Both the position numbers and the translations under genes were made by a program. The notes under the pieces were generated by a model. It was not told the DNA's origin. It searched no databases and worked only from the letters and a program-made list of their open reading frames with translations. From positions 1 to 48,607 of the forward strand of contig JAHWHE010000027.1 of assembly GCA_019323495.1 (NCBI GenBank): a stretch of 48,607 nt of DNA. Reading direction: 5' to 3'. Of the stretch, positions 8,495 through 18,011 are shown piece after piece. Source of the DNA: Candidatus Woesearchaeota archaeon. Its GTDB lineage: Archaea > Nanobdellota > Nanobdellia > Woesearchaeales > WJKV01. Numbering within the stretch: position 1 is the stretch's first letter; every line of letters starts with the position of its first letter.

Positions 8495-9709
8495 ATGAAA
8501 TTTTTGCAGGAGCTCATAGATGAAAATGCAGTAAAACTGGTTGAATACCAGATTGTGATAGATTTGATTAGAGAGGAATTGAAAAAGCATGACATCAAGG
8601 CAGAAGTGGTCCTTGGAGGAAGCGCTGCCAAAAATACATGTTTGAAGAACTATGACCTTGACATCTTTGTCCGCTTCTACAAGAATCCTGATTCAGACCT
8701 ATTAGAGGTCGTTCTCAAGAATGTCTTCAAGAAAGTTGAAAGACTTCATGGAAGCAGGGACTATTTCAAGATACATCACAAGGGGATGGACTATGAGATC
8801 GTGCCCGTCCTCAAGATATTGAGAGCGAGCCAGGCAGAGAATGTCACAGACGTGAGCATGCTCCATGTAGAATGGGTAAAAAAGCACCTGAAGAATCCAG
8901 AAGAAGTAAAACTGGCAAAATTGTTCTGCAAAGCGCAGAGCGTGTACGGCGCAGAATCATACATAAACGGTTTTTCAGGCTATATCTTAGAGATATTGAC
9001 AGTGCAATACGGCAGTTTCATGAAGATGATGGAAGCAGTGAGCAGATGGAAGCCCGGCATAATAATAGATGTAGAAAAGCACTATACGAACAGGAAGACA
9101 TTGATGAAGCAGCTGAATGTTGCAAAATTGCAGAGTCCGATTATTGTCATAGATCCGACACAGAAAGACAGGAACGCAGCAGCCAGCGTGACAATGGAAA
9201 CCTTCTGCAAATTCATTTTAGCTGCCAGGCAGTTCCTGGAAAACCCATCAAAGGGATGGTTTGTAAAAAAGAAATTCTCATTGTCAGATGTTGTGAGGGA
9301 AAGCAGGAAATACTACACTGTCCTGAATGTTTTGAAAGTAGAAATGCCAGAAGGAAAGCAGGATGTTGTAGGAAGCAAGTTCCTGAAAGTATTCAAGTTC
9401 ATCAAAGCCCAGTTAGAGCAGAATGATTTTCAGGTTTTTAAGGCAGGCTATGACCTGGAAGAATCGACCATGTGGTATCAGACTCAGCCTCAAAGGCTGC
9501 CGTTGTACACAAAAGCGCTGGGCCCGAGGGTCTGGGCGCCGATGGAGAACCTTAATGCCTTTATCGACAAGTATGATAACGTCTTTCTGGAAGAGGACCA
9601 TCTGTGTGCAATAAAGAAAAGAAAACATCTGAGGGCAATAGATTTAATCAAGGACTTGGTCAAGACAGAATATGTCCAAGAAAAAGTAAAAAAAATAATA
9701 ATAAGATAA
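8495..9709 (+). CDS. cca: CCA-adding enzyme (archaeal class I tRNA nucleotidyltransferase)
   Basis: GGSAAKNTCLKNYDLDIFV catalytic signature, YGAESYINGFSGYILEILTVQYGSF, and VIDPTQKDRNAAASV. These match the conserved blocks of archaeal CCA enzymes. Confidence 0.9.
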   Translation: MKFLQELIDENAVKLVEYQIVIDLIREELKKHDIKAEVVLGGSAAKNTCLKNYDLDIFVRFYKNPDSDLLEVVLKNVFKKVERLHGSRDYFKIHHKGMDYEIVPVLKILRASQAENVTDVSMLHVEWVKKHLKNPEEVKLAKLFCKAQSVYGAESYINGFSGYILEILTVQYGSFMKMMEAVSRWKPGIIIDVEKHYTNRKTLMKQLNVAKLQSPIIVIDPTQKDRNAAASVTMETFCKFILAARQFLENPSKGWFVKKKFSLSDVVRESRKYYTVLNVLKVEMPEGKQDVVGSKFLKVFKFIKAQLEQNDFQVFKAGYDLEESTMWYQTQPQRLPLYTKALGPRVWAPMENLNAFIDKYDNVFLEEDHLCAIKKRKHLRAIDLIKDLVKTEYVQEKVKKIIIR

Positions 9710-9710
9710 A

Positions 9711-10760
9711 TTAATGATTTCCTTCGCATCTACCTACTGTGACTTTCTTCACAATCCATTTGCAAGGATATCCGTGCGGGCATGTTCCTCCGCAAAGTTC
9801 TCCTGTTGTTTGGCATCCTTTTTCTCTTATTCCCAAGTCAAATGGTTCTGCGAATGATCCTGCAGGTCCTGCCTGCTGTTCAGTACCGTCTGCATCTTCT
9901 GGATGCTCTCCTGCACAGATTATAGAATCTACATAATCGTATGTTTTCCATACGCATTCTAATCCGTGGGTGCAAGTTCCGCTGCAGTCTGCTTCTGTCG
10001 ACCCGACACATCCTTCTTCAGGCTTAGGTACGACTCCAAGATCAAAAGGATCAGTAGGATCTCCTATCTCAAAGACAGAGTTTAGATAAACCTCTCCTGA
10101 CACAAGATCCAAGAGTTCGTATTCTGTTGCAGCAGTAATCGTTTCTGCAGGTGCTGTGCTTACAATTCCTGTTGCTGGTGCAATCGTGGTTTCTGTACCT
10201 GTTTCAGGTATTGTTTCATCCACAGGTTCTGTTGATTCAACGATTTCTGTTGCAGGCGCTCCAGGTTCTTCAGGGAATACTTCAACCATTTTAACATTGA
10301 TGTCATCTAGAACCCATTTGTAGCCATTGCAGTCGAATGTTCTTGGGACAGATCCCGGATTACAATAATATGCAATATACCACAGCTTGCCGGATTGTTT
10401 AGGGCTGAAACTAAAGATCCCTTCTGCATTGCCAGCAATCCAATTGTTATTCTCTTGGTATGCATCTCCACTCAGATCGATTGGTTTCCATGAACTGGTT
10501 TCTACATCATACCAGTAGCCCAAGTGCCAGATGTATCTTCCAGCAACAGTATATCTGACTGTGGCGCTTTCTCCTGCTGCAAGCTCCACATCTTTAGGAG
10601 TAGTCAATACTAGATCATTTGTAAATGCATAGGCTTCTGCATATTCTCCTGCTTGTCCGATTGGTCCGCCTGGCGAGCCTGGCTCTGCAGGAAGAAGACT
10701 TGCGCATGATGTCAGCATAGCAAGCGCACATAAAAGAACTAAAACATACATTAGCTTCAT
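9711..10760 (-). CDS. Secreted lipoprotein with a duplicated Cys-rich C-terminal module
   Basis: Signal peptide with lipobox LTSC and a Thr/Glu/Pro linker. Two copies of PFDLG..GC....C.GTC.HG..C.W follow. GGTGA SD lies before the ATG. Confidence 0.7.
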   Translation of the reverse strand: MKLMYVLVLLCALAMLTSCASLLPAEPGSPGGPIGQAGEYAEAYAFTNDLVLTTPKDVELAAGESATVRYTVAGRYIWHLGYWYDVETSSWKPIDLSGDAYQENNNWIAGNAEGIFSFSPKQSGKLWYIAYYCNPGSVPRTFDCNGYKWVLDDINVKMVEVFPEEPGAPATEIVESTEPVDETIPETGTETTIAPATGIVSTAPAETITAATEYELLDLVSGEVYLNSVFEIGDPTDPFDLGVVPKPEEGCVGSTEADCSGTCTHGLECVWKTYDYVDSIICAGEHPEDADGTEQQAGPAGSFAEPFDLGIREKGCQTTGELCGGTCPHGYPCKWIVKKVTVGRCEGNH

Positions 10761-10835
10761 TTTATCACCTTCATGGTTTTTTAGAACAAAAGTCCTTTAG
10801 ATATTTAAATTTATACTCCGAATAATCCAGTAGAC

Positions 10836-10843
10836 TTTATAAA
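10836..10843 (+). promoter_or_regulatory. Archaeal TATA box for the gene at 10871
   Basis: GACTTTATAAA is centred about 31 nt upstream of ATG 10871. Confidence 0.45.
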
Positions 10844-10870
10844 TGACCTGAAATAGGGTTATTAGGCAAA

Positions 10871-11362
10871 ATGGTGTTTGAGCTTATAGCTGAATTTTTC
10901 AAGAATCTTGATCCTTCTATCTATTCAGCACTGGCAAGCATATCTCCATTTGGTGAATTGAGGGCAGGCATCCCGATCGCATTATTGACAGGGCACAGCT
11001 TATGGCAGGCCTTCTGGTTGTGCACAATTGCAAACTTCCTGACAATACCTATTGCATTCTTTTTCATTGACAAGTTTCACAATTATTTCTTGAAATTCCA
11101 AAGATACGAAAGAATGTTCAATAAGCACGTGATTAGAATCAGAAAAAAAGGAGAGAAATGGGTTGAAAAATATGGAGCATTTGGCTTGATAATTTTTGTT
11201 GCGATCCCTATTCCGGGAAGCGGTGCATACACAGGATGTCTTGCAGCCTGGCTGTTCAATGTTAAAAGAAAGCACGCATTCATATCAATAATGGCGGGAG
11301 TAGTGATTGCAGGTCTTGTGGTGACTGCGATTGCTGCAGGCATTGTCAAGGGATTATTCTGA
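10871..11362 (+). CDS. Small multidrug export protein family membrane protein (COG2426-like)
   Basis: SPFGELRAGIPIAL motif near the N-terminus and four hydrophobic segments. The 3' end overlaps the convergent ABC gene by 9 nt. Confidence 0.55.
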   Translation: MVFELIAEFFKNLDPSIYSALASISPFGELRAGIPIALLTGHSLWQAFWLCTIANFLTIPIAFFFIDKFHNYFLKFQRYERMFNKHVIRIRKKGEKWVEKYGAFGLIIFVAIPIPGSGAYTGCLAAWLFNVKRKHAFISIMAGVVIAGLVVTAIAAGIVKGLF

Positions 11363-13141
11363 TTCCTTCTTTTTCCTTGCCTTATTGTACTTGTCCCATT
11401 CCTTTTTGAACTCTGGCGATCGTCTCAACAATTGTCTGAAATTGCCAGATGCGATTATCTTGCCCCTCCTGAAGAAATAGATCTGATCGAACAATGGCAA
11501 AAGGTGCAGCCTGTGTATAGAAGATATTATTGTCTTGCTCTTGTATTTCCTGAATATGTTCTTGAATATGATCATCTCATTCTTGAAATCTACACTGCTC
11601 GTTGGCTCGTCAAACAAAATTACAGATTTGTCTTCGCACGCCATCAGGCCTCTCGCAAGCGCCAATCTTTGCTTCTCCCCTCCGCTGAGATTGACGCCTT
11701 TTTCAACGATAGAAGAGTTCAGTTTCCTGGGCAGCCTGTTGATTACTTTTGTGAACTGGGCCATGTCTGTGTATTTTTTTATCTCTTCAAGTGTGCGCGC
11801 AACACCCACTGTGATGTTTTCTTTGATAGTCGTAGTGAATATCTCTGGGTCTTGAGGGACCAAGGCCATCTCGTCACTGATTGATTCGAATCCGTTCTCC
11901 AGCAGCTTGTTGTCGAGATACAGCTTGACGTGTTTTGGATGATAAAGATCCCTGATAACTTTTAGCAATGTTGTCTTGCCGCTTCCGCTTGCACCAATCA
12001 ATGCAATTCTCTGGTTTCTTTTAATTATCAATGACACGTCATCAAGGTGCAGATCCGCTCCCTCTTTTGTATGGTATGAAAAATTAAGATTATCTATCCT
12101 AAGCTCCTTCCATCTCTTATCTAATCTTACTGACTTAACTTTCTTTTTTGCCTTGAATTCGTTCGATATCTCTTCTGCATTCATTACAGCAGTCCTTTCA
12201 TTGACAATGTCTCCGTATCTATATGCGAACCTGAAGAAAAGTCCGCTGATCCTGTGCCCATAGCCATATAGCGCATAAACAGTGCCCCCAAGAATAACAT
12301 TTCCTGCCTTGTAATTATATAGTATATACGTTACAAGTATCAGAAATACCATCATAACGCTGCAGACAGAAACAAGGAACCATTTGAACTCGCTCAGCCT
12401 GCTGTTCTTCCTATAGGTTTCAAACGGCGCCATGATCTTCCTGAACATAGCGCTCGATACCAATTTTTCCAGTCTTAGGATGATGACAGTGGTGATATTG
12501 CTGATAACGTCGAAAATTTTTGCGCTGATCGCATTCTCATACTTGTTAAGCTCCTTGTATTGCGCTACAAGCTTCTTGTCGAATTTGATTATTATTATTC
12601 CGGTGATTATGACTAAGAATATCACGATATAGATTGAATGAAAATTAAAATACACAAGCGCTATGAACGAACCTGCGAATCTCAGTACTGTTTCAATGAC
12701 TTCATACATCCTTCCTGAATAGTTGTAAAGCGCTTTTGTTCCTTTATTGATTTTGTCTATGGTGTCTCCTGAATGATGGTCTGTGTGCCATTCAGGAGGC
12801 AGATTCATTGTGCCGTCCAAAAGGAATTTCTTGTAATTGGCCCTTACAAGGAAAGCGTTGTTCCTTTCAATAACTCTTGCAGGTCCGTGGAATGCCCAGA
12901 ATCCGACTGTTATCGCCACAAATATCGTTATGTATATTAGAATTGTATATAGATTCTCGCTATGTATGCCCTGCTCTTGTATTATGTTCAGGATCTGCGC
13001 CACGATCAAAGGCTCGACAAAATTAATCGCGTTCGCAAACACGAACAACATAGTATACAGCACTACGTTGTGTCTGTTTCCTTTAGAATACTCCCACATC
13101 TTTGCTGTCAGATAGACAGCAGGATTGTCTTTGAACCCCAT
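11354..13141 (-). CDS. ABC transporter, fused permease/ATPase (type I exporter)
   Basis: N-terminal six-TM domain. Walker A GASGSGKTT, signature LSGGEKQRLALARG, Walker B ILFDEPTSSVD. Confidence 0.9.
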   Translation of the reverse strand: MGFKDNPAVYLTAKMWEYSKGNRHNVVLYTMLFVFANAINFVEPLIVAQILNIIQEQGIHSENLYTILIYITIFVAITVGFWAFHGPARVIERNNAFLVRANYKKFLLDGTMNLPPEWHTDHHSGDTIDKINKGTKALYNYSGRMYEVIETVLRFAGSFIALVYFNFHSIYIVIFLVIITGIIIIKFDKKLVAQYKELNKYENAISAKIFDVISNITTVIILRLEKLVSSAMFRKIMAPFETYRKNSRLSEFKWFLVSVCSVMMVFLILVTYILYNYKAGNVILGGTVYALYGYGHRISGLFFRFAYRYGDIVNERTAVMNAEEISNEFKAKKKVKSVRLDKRWKELRIDNLNFSYHTKEGADLHLDDVSLIIKRNQRIALIGASGSGKTTLLKVIRDLYHPKHVKLYLDNKLLENGFESISDEMALVPQDPEIFTTTIKENITVGVARTLEEIKKYTDMAQFTKVINRLPRKLNSSIVEKGVNLSGGEKQRLALARGLMACEDKSVILFDEPTSSVDFKNEMIIFKNIFRKYKSKTIISSIHRLHLLPLFDQIYFFRRGKIIASGNFRQLLRRSPEFKKEWDKYNKARKKKESE

Positions 13142-13173
13142 GCATAATTTTAAAGATAAAAAGGTTTAAAAAT

Positions 13174-13521
13174 TTATCTGTTTATAGAAATCTTATCACC
13201 GGAATTTATATGTTTGAAACTATCAGTTGCACTTTCTATCACATATTTGTACGGCTTTTTTGGAGCATAACTTAAAATCCAGGGTTTCAGAACAACCTTG
13301 TCAACAACAACATTGTTTGAATCAACAAAGATCACATCCATCGGATAAAAACAGAACAGCATTGTTATTCCTGCCCTTGATTCCTTCCTGTTCATCAGGC
13401 ACATTCCTTTTCTTATTTTATTTTTGGAAGCGAACATCAAGCCTATCGCCTTTCCTATTGGATTCTTGACGATTTTCATATCATTTAGAATTACTTTATT
13501 TTTATGGATTAACCTAGCCAA
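13174..13521 (-). CDS. DUF192 (COG1430) family protein
   Basis: GLMF...GM...M..PMDVIFVD....V pattern and a YVIE block. Its start overlaps the stop of the upstream M50 gene by 8 nt. Confidence 0.6.
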   Translation of the reverse strand: MARLIHKNKVILNDMKIVKNPIGKAIGLMFASKNKIRKGMCLMNRKESRAGITMLFCFYPMDVIFVDSNNVVVDKVVLKPWILSYAPKKPYKYVIESATDSFKHINSGDKISINR

Positions 13522-14197
13522 ACCTTATCATCCCCATCTGCAAAGCGAATAGAAGGACAGCAAAGCCTGCAGTGATTCCCCAGACAGCCTTGTTCCAGTT
13601 GAAGATCTTTCTTCCGTCCAATAATGAGATTGGAATCAGATTGAACAAGGCAAGCCAAGTATTAATCATGAATCCGTACATGAACAGTTTTGCAATGAAA
13701 GGAGATGTAACTCCAAACGCGCCGAGCACGACAACTGCAACTATAAAGAAGATGACAGCCATTATCAGGTTGCTCAAAGGCCCGCTCAAACTAATGATTC
13801 CGTTCTGTCTTTTTGTAGGCTTTCCCATTATCAATACTGCTCCTGGAGCTGCAAACACAAAACCAGAAAAGCTGATAAGAACAGCAAACAACAGCATCAT
13901 CATGCTTGCCCGAAACTCTGCGATCATGCCGAATTTTCGCGCCACAAAACGGTGCGCCAGTTCATGGAACAAGAAACCAAAACCAACTGCGATTCCGCTG
14001 ATGATGAAGTATTCTAGAAAAATCATCCAGCCATAGCTTCCTACGCCAAGAAAACTGCTGCCTGTCTGTCCTTTGACAAGCACGTTTGCAAAGGCGAATG
14101 TTATTGCGACCCAAGCATAAGCTAGATGTTTAAGCTCGATAGGATTGAACTTGCTTTTTTTCTTTTTCTCGTAATAAGGATTAGGATAATATCTCAT
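13514..14197 (-). CDS. Site-2 (M50 family) membrane metalloprotease
   Basis: HELAHRF (HExxH) lies in a TM segment. The second motif LFNLIPISLLDG (NxxPxxxLDG) is present. Confidence 0.85.
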   Translation of the reverse strand: MRYYPNPYYEKKKKSKFNPIELKHLAYAWVAITFAFANVLVKGQTGSSFLGVGSYGWMIFLEYFIISGIAVGFGFLFHELAHRFVARKFGMIAEFRASMMMLLFAVLISFSGFVFAAPGAVLIMGKPTKRQNGIISLSGPLSNLIMAVIFFIVAVVVLGAFGVTSPFIAKLFMYGFMINTWLALFNLIPISLLDGRKIFNWNKAVWGITAGFAVLLFALQMGMIRFG

Positions 14198-14198
14198 T

Positions 14199-14837
14199 CT
14201 AATTCATGGATGCAAATCTTTCTCTGCTCAATTTCACTTTATTCGACTGTATGCCCATGCAGCCCGGCACATTGCTTGTTATCCTTCCCTGTAGAAGGTC
14301 AGTTGTCATGCTCAGTTCCCAGTGATTGTCGCCAGGATCATCGAATGTGAATCTGCTGCTGCTTACTACGCCGTTAGCTATGACGCCTCTGCCAACAACT
14401 CCTCTGTTGACCATGTCCTGGAAAGTGCCGCAAGGCATATTCTGGAGAAGCTGCTGTATCTCGAAGTTTGCAAAATACATCACAATATTGCCGTTCACAT
14501 TATTTCCGTTCTGCACAAGATTAAGCTCTATAGAATGCGGCGTCATCTTTCCGACATATCTGCATGTAGGATTTGCGCAGTTGTTCGTAAACTCAATAGA
14601 ACCCACCCATGTTCCTGTCAGATCTCTCGCAGGCGTTATGGTAGAAGTCATCTGTGGTGCTTGCTGCTGCTGTGCAGGAGGTTGCGCAGGCTGTTCAACA
14701 GGTGGTTCTTCTTTTTCTTCCATAACCTGTTCTTCTGGTTCTGCTTCCTGTATCTGTTCATCTGCAGGTGCTTGCGTACCGCAGCCTATTATGAATATAC
14801 TCAAAAGAATGATTCCGATCAATAAATATGCTTTCAT
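14199..14837 (-). CDS. Hypothetical lipoprotein
   Basis: Signal peptide with lipobox IIGC, then a Glu/Pro/Gln-rich linker and a globular domain. There is a 1-nt gap to the M50 gene. Confidence 0.7.
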   Translation of the reverse strand: MKAYLLIGIILLSIFIIGCGTQAPADEQIQEAEPEEQVMEEKEEPPVEQPAQPPAQQQQAPQMTSTITPARDLTGTWVGSIEFTNNCANPTCRYVGKMTPHSIELNLVQNGNNVNGNIVMYFANFEIQQLLQNMPCGTFQDMVNRGVVGRGVIANGVVSSSRFTFDDPGDNHWELSMTTDLLQGRITSNVPGCMGIQSNKVKLSRERFASMN

Positions 14838-14860
14838 GGCAACTAATTATAATATATTGG

Positions 14861-14868
14861 TATATAAA
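14861..14868 (-). promoter_or_regulatory. Archaeal TATA box for the leaderless lipoprotein gene starting at 14837
   Basis: The minus strand reads GATTTATATA, centred about 27 nt upstream of the ATG at 14837. Confidence 0.5.
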
Positions 14869-14881
14869 TCTTTCAGTAAAG

Positions 14882-14889
14882 CTTATAAA
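14882..14889 (+). promoter_or_regulatory. Archaeal TATA box for the small gene at 14912
   Basis: AAGCTTATAAA is centred about 27 nt upstream of ATG 14912 and about 21 nt upstream of ATG 14906. Confidence 0.45.
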
Positions 14890-14911
14890 CAACATACAGT
14901 TCATAATGAGC

Positions 14912-15097
14912 ATGGAAAGCAAGAACTTTACATTGAAATCAAAATCGCAAGACAAGCTTCTTGAAAAGCCAAAGATAAAACTGGATGATTCTACTGTCAT
15001 AGATTTAAGAAAGATGAATGCAAAGGTCGCAGACCACATAGAGATGCAGCTCAAGGCAAGAGACGAGCTTACAAAAAAGAAGTATTTTCTGAAATAA
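14912..15097 (+). CDS. Small hypothetical charged protein
   Basis: In-frame ATGs occur at 14906 and 14912. I chose 14912 from the recurrent 27-nt TATA spacing. The track start at 14828 lies inside the divergent promoter region. Confidence 0.4.
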   Translation: MESKNFTLKSKSQDKLLEKPKIKLDDSTVIDLRKMNAKVADHIEMQLKARDELTKKKYFLK

Positions 15098-16789
15098 TCA
15101 TTCAAAATCAAAAACCAGATTATCGAATTCTTTAACATTTATTATTGTCTTGTCTGATTCAATGTATTTTATTCTTACTTCATCCCCTTCTTTTGTTATC
15201 TTTGCTTCATTGTTCTCAAGATTTATCTTGAAGATGTGCTCGTCATTGTTTTCAAGCACTATTAAATCGCCATTAATTCTTTTAACTTTTCCATCAACAG
15301 TCTGATAACCTTCATCAGCCATTCCTTCTGCTTCAACAGACACTCCTTTTTCTTCCAGCCATTCCTTGTACTTTGCCAAGCTGTCTTCAAGTTTTTCCTC
15401 GACAACAACATATCCTGTCTCTGCATGGACAAGAGCGATCCTCTGCAGCTTGCTGTTAGAGCTCAAGATAGGAACTACCCAAGTCAGCTCTCCAAACAGA
15501 TTATAGAATATAGGCTGCGCACCCCAATAACCTTGGAAATTGCTAACTTTGCTATTTGCATTACTGACTGCAGCATCTTCATTATAGTATCCATTCACAT
15601 TGCTATAATACACAAACTCTCCTGTCTGCGTGTTCATCATGCTATAGCCCATCAATGACTTGTCAGCCAGGCTCGGAGAAGTATGTCCTGTGAACCAGTA
15701 CATTCCTTCTGGTCCTCTGACAGCAAAGACATCAATCACTCCGTTCGAAGTTGTAGGTACGTGCATGTCTTTCTGTGAAAATTTGGTATTCCAGAAGCCG
15801 TTAGTATATGCGCCATACCAATAGTTGTATTTCTCTGCCAGTCTTTCAGGTACAACCCTGTCAACCCATTTAGGAATCTTCTGTGGAAATTCCATTTCTC
15901 CTGTGACAGGATCTACGATAATGACCCCCAACACCTGTTCACCAGTGAACCATACAGTAGGTTTTGTAACACTCACAACCCATTTAGGATTATTTTCATC
16001 GTCTATCTCAAAAGTGAACTCTGACAATCTGACAAAAGGATATCGCTGATAAACATGCCTGTATACATTTTGCTGGAAAAAAGCACTACTCATGTATTTT
16101 AATTCAAGATTATCTATTCTCTCAACCTTTGCTTCTGGATCTTCTGCATCTACCATCAAGAAGCCGGGCGATGTCCTGAAACGAAGCCATTTCCAAAAAT
16201 TGCCGAGTTCCAATGGGGCTATCCAATACAACCGGTCACTGACAAGCTGTATGTTCAAATCTCCGACTTGGACTTTATATCCTAGATCCCCAACAACCTT
16301 GTCAGCCATCCAGTATGCAAATTCTATTGGCACTTGTCTAATATGGGAAGTATCTATTTGATTTATTTTTTCATTGCTTACAATAGCATTAGGCAGTTCG
16401 TGCAAAGTTTTTGTCTGGAACAAAGGAACGATTGGCGCGCTTACCAAAATAATAAGCAAAATAACAAGAACTGCAATAGGAACCTTGAATCGTGCAAGAT
16501 CCACTTTCTTTTTTTCATCTACAACTATGATCTTCTGCAGCTTAATTGGCCTGACAATCGTTATAAAGCAATTGATCGCCAGCAATATGCCGATAGGCGT
16601 TATAATGTCTGGAAACAATATTGCAGGCATATAGACATAGGCAATAATCAGTGCAATAGGAGCTCCCCATTTCAGATTATTGATCTGCCCTTTCAGCCAG
16701 CTGAAATACTCGCCTCTTCCAAACTTATAGAAATCTAAGTTAATACAGCCAATCAATGTGATCAAAAAAGCGAGTAAAATGCCGTTCAT
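15098..16789 (-). CDS. Hypothetical membrane protein with a large extracytoplasmic domain
   Basis: Four N-terminal hydrophobic segments are followed by a soluble domain of about 430 aa rich in Trp and Tyr. No family recognised. Confidence 0.7.
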   Translation of the reverse strand: MNGILLAFLITLIGCINLDFYKFGRGEYFSWLKGQINNLKWGAPIALIIAYVYMPAILFPDIITPIGILLAINCFITIVRPIKLQKIIVVDEKKKVDLARFKVPIAVLVILLIILVSAPIVPLFQTKTLHELPNAIVSNEKINQIDTSHIRQVPIEFAYWMADKVVGDLGYKVQVGDLNIQLVSDRLYWIAPLELGNFWKWLRFRTSPGFLMVDAEDPEAKVERIDNLELKYMSSAFFQQNVYRHVYQRYPFVRLSEFTFEIDDENNPKWVVSVTKPTVWFTGEQVLGVIIVDPVTGEMEFPQKIPKWVDRVVPERLAEKYNYWYGAYTNGFWNTKFSQKDMHVPTTSNGVIDVFAVRGPEGMYWFTGHTSPSLADKSLMGYSMMNTQTGEFVYYSNVNGYYNEDAAVSNANSKVSNFQGYWGAQPIFYNLFGELTWVVPILSSNSKLQRIALVHAETGYVVVEEKLEDSLAKYKEWLEEKGVSVEAEGMADEGYQTVDGKVKRINGDLIVLENNDEHIFKINLENNEAKITKEGDEVRIKYIESDKTIINVKEFDNLVFDFE

Positions 16790-16825
16790 ACAGGCATAGA
16801 ATTAGAGTGAATTTAAAAAGGTTAC

Positions 16826-17584
16826 TTACAAATCCAGCTCTAGGCGAATAGGACAGTGGTCAGAGCCCAAAACCTCTTTTAATATCTCGCTGTTCTTCAG
16901 GCTTGTTTTCAGTTCTTCGCTTACAATAAAATAATCTATACGCCAGCCGATGTTTTTCTGGCGTGCATTGTACATGTAGGACCACCATGTATATTGCCCG
17001 CTGTCTGAATTGAATTCCCTGAAAGTATCTACATAACCCTGCGCTAAAAAAAGATCGAACCATCTTCTTTCCTGTTCTGTGAAGCCTGCATTTTCCGTGT
17101 TCTGTCTAGGATTCCTCAAATCTATTTCCTTGTGCGCGACATTGAAGTCTGCTGCGATCACGACCGGCTTTTGCTTTTTCAATTCTTCGCAGAATTCCAA
17201 GAACAATTTGTTGAAATTCAATTTGAAATCTATCCGTTCAAGATCCCTTCTTGAATGAGGAAAATATCCGTTGATCAAGAAAAACTTTTCAAATTCCAGC
17301 GTGAGAACGCGCGCTTCTTTATCAAATTCTTCATTCCCAATGCCTTCTATAACTGCAAAAGGCTTTATTTTAGAAAACACAAGCAATCCGCTGTATCCTT
17401 TCCGTTCAGCAGTCATCCAATACGATTCATAACCTTCTAATTCTGTATACTCTTTGATCTTTTCAGGACTGCTCTTTATCTCCTGGAAGCAAAAGATGTC
17501 CGCGTTCTCTTTCTTCACAAAATCAAACATGCCTTTATTTGTTGCAGCATTTATTCCATTAATATTCCATGAGATTAGTTTCAT
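16826..17584 (-). CDS. xth: Exodeoxyribonuclease III (AP endonuclease)
   Basis: MKLISWNINGI, FCFQEIK, GYSGLLVFSK, NVAH, WSY and SDHCPIRLEL motifs of the ExoIII/APE1 family. Confidence 0.93.
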   Translation of the reverse strand: MKLISWNINGINAATNKGMFDFVKKENADIFCFQEIKSSPEKIKEYTELEGYESYWMTAERKGYSGLLVFSKIKPFAVIEGIGNEEFDKEARVLTLEFEKFFLINGYFPHSRRDLERIDFKLNFNKLFLEFCEELKKQKPVVIAADFNVAHKEIDLRNPRQNTENAGFTEQERRWFDLFLAQGYVDTFREFNSDSGQYTWWSYMYNARQKNIGWRIDYFIVSEELKTSLKNSEILKEVLGSDHCPIRLELDL

Positions 17585-17641
17585 AAAAGAAGAACTAGAA
17601 CAGGTAATATAATAACTTTGCCTAAAAAAGAAAGAAAAAAT

Positions 17642-17908
17642 TTATTGAGGAGTCGAGCTCCTTCCAAGGACTTTCACTACTCTTACTGTTGAGCTTCCCC
17701 AGCTCCTGGGCATTGTTCGAGTTCCTGTCATCCTGGGTGTTGCAGGGGCTTCGTACAAAACTTCGTCTCCTGGAGCCAGCCTCAATCCGTATGCTGCTTC
17801 GTACGGAATCTGCCCTCCTTTTTTGTAGTGTGTCAGTTTTCCTCTTTGTATCTTTCTTGCTTTGTCGTGCTGCACGCTCTCGATTATTCCTTTCAATTGT
17901 CTTGGCAT
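17642..17908 (-). CDS. Small hypothetical protein (paralog of 21732..21983)
   Basis: ATG at 17908 is preceded by GAGGTGG. The track start at 17917 is GTG. Shares QLKGII, LAPGD.V.YE and T.TMPR blocks with the 83-aa ORF. Confidence 0.65.
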   Translation of the reverse strand: MPRQLKGIIESVQHDKARKIQRGKLTHYKKGGQIPYEAAYGLRLAPGDEVLYEAPATPRMTGTRTMPRSWGSSTVRVVKVLGRSSTPQ

Positions 17909-18011
17909 GAATACCACCTCATTTTAGTATGATGTGTTGTAAAAAACAATTATAGTATTTAATCTTTACTGATAGAAATAGTTAAATACCTCTGAATACA
18001 TCATAAACCAT

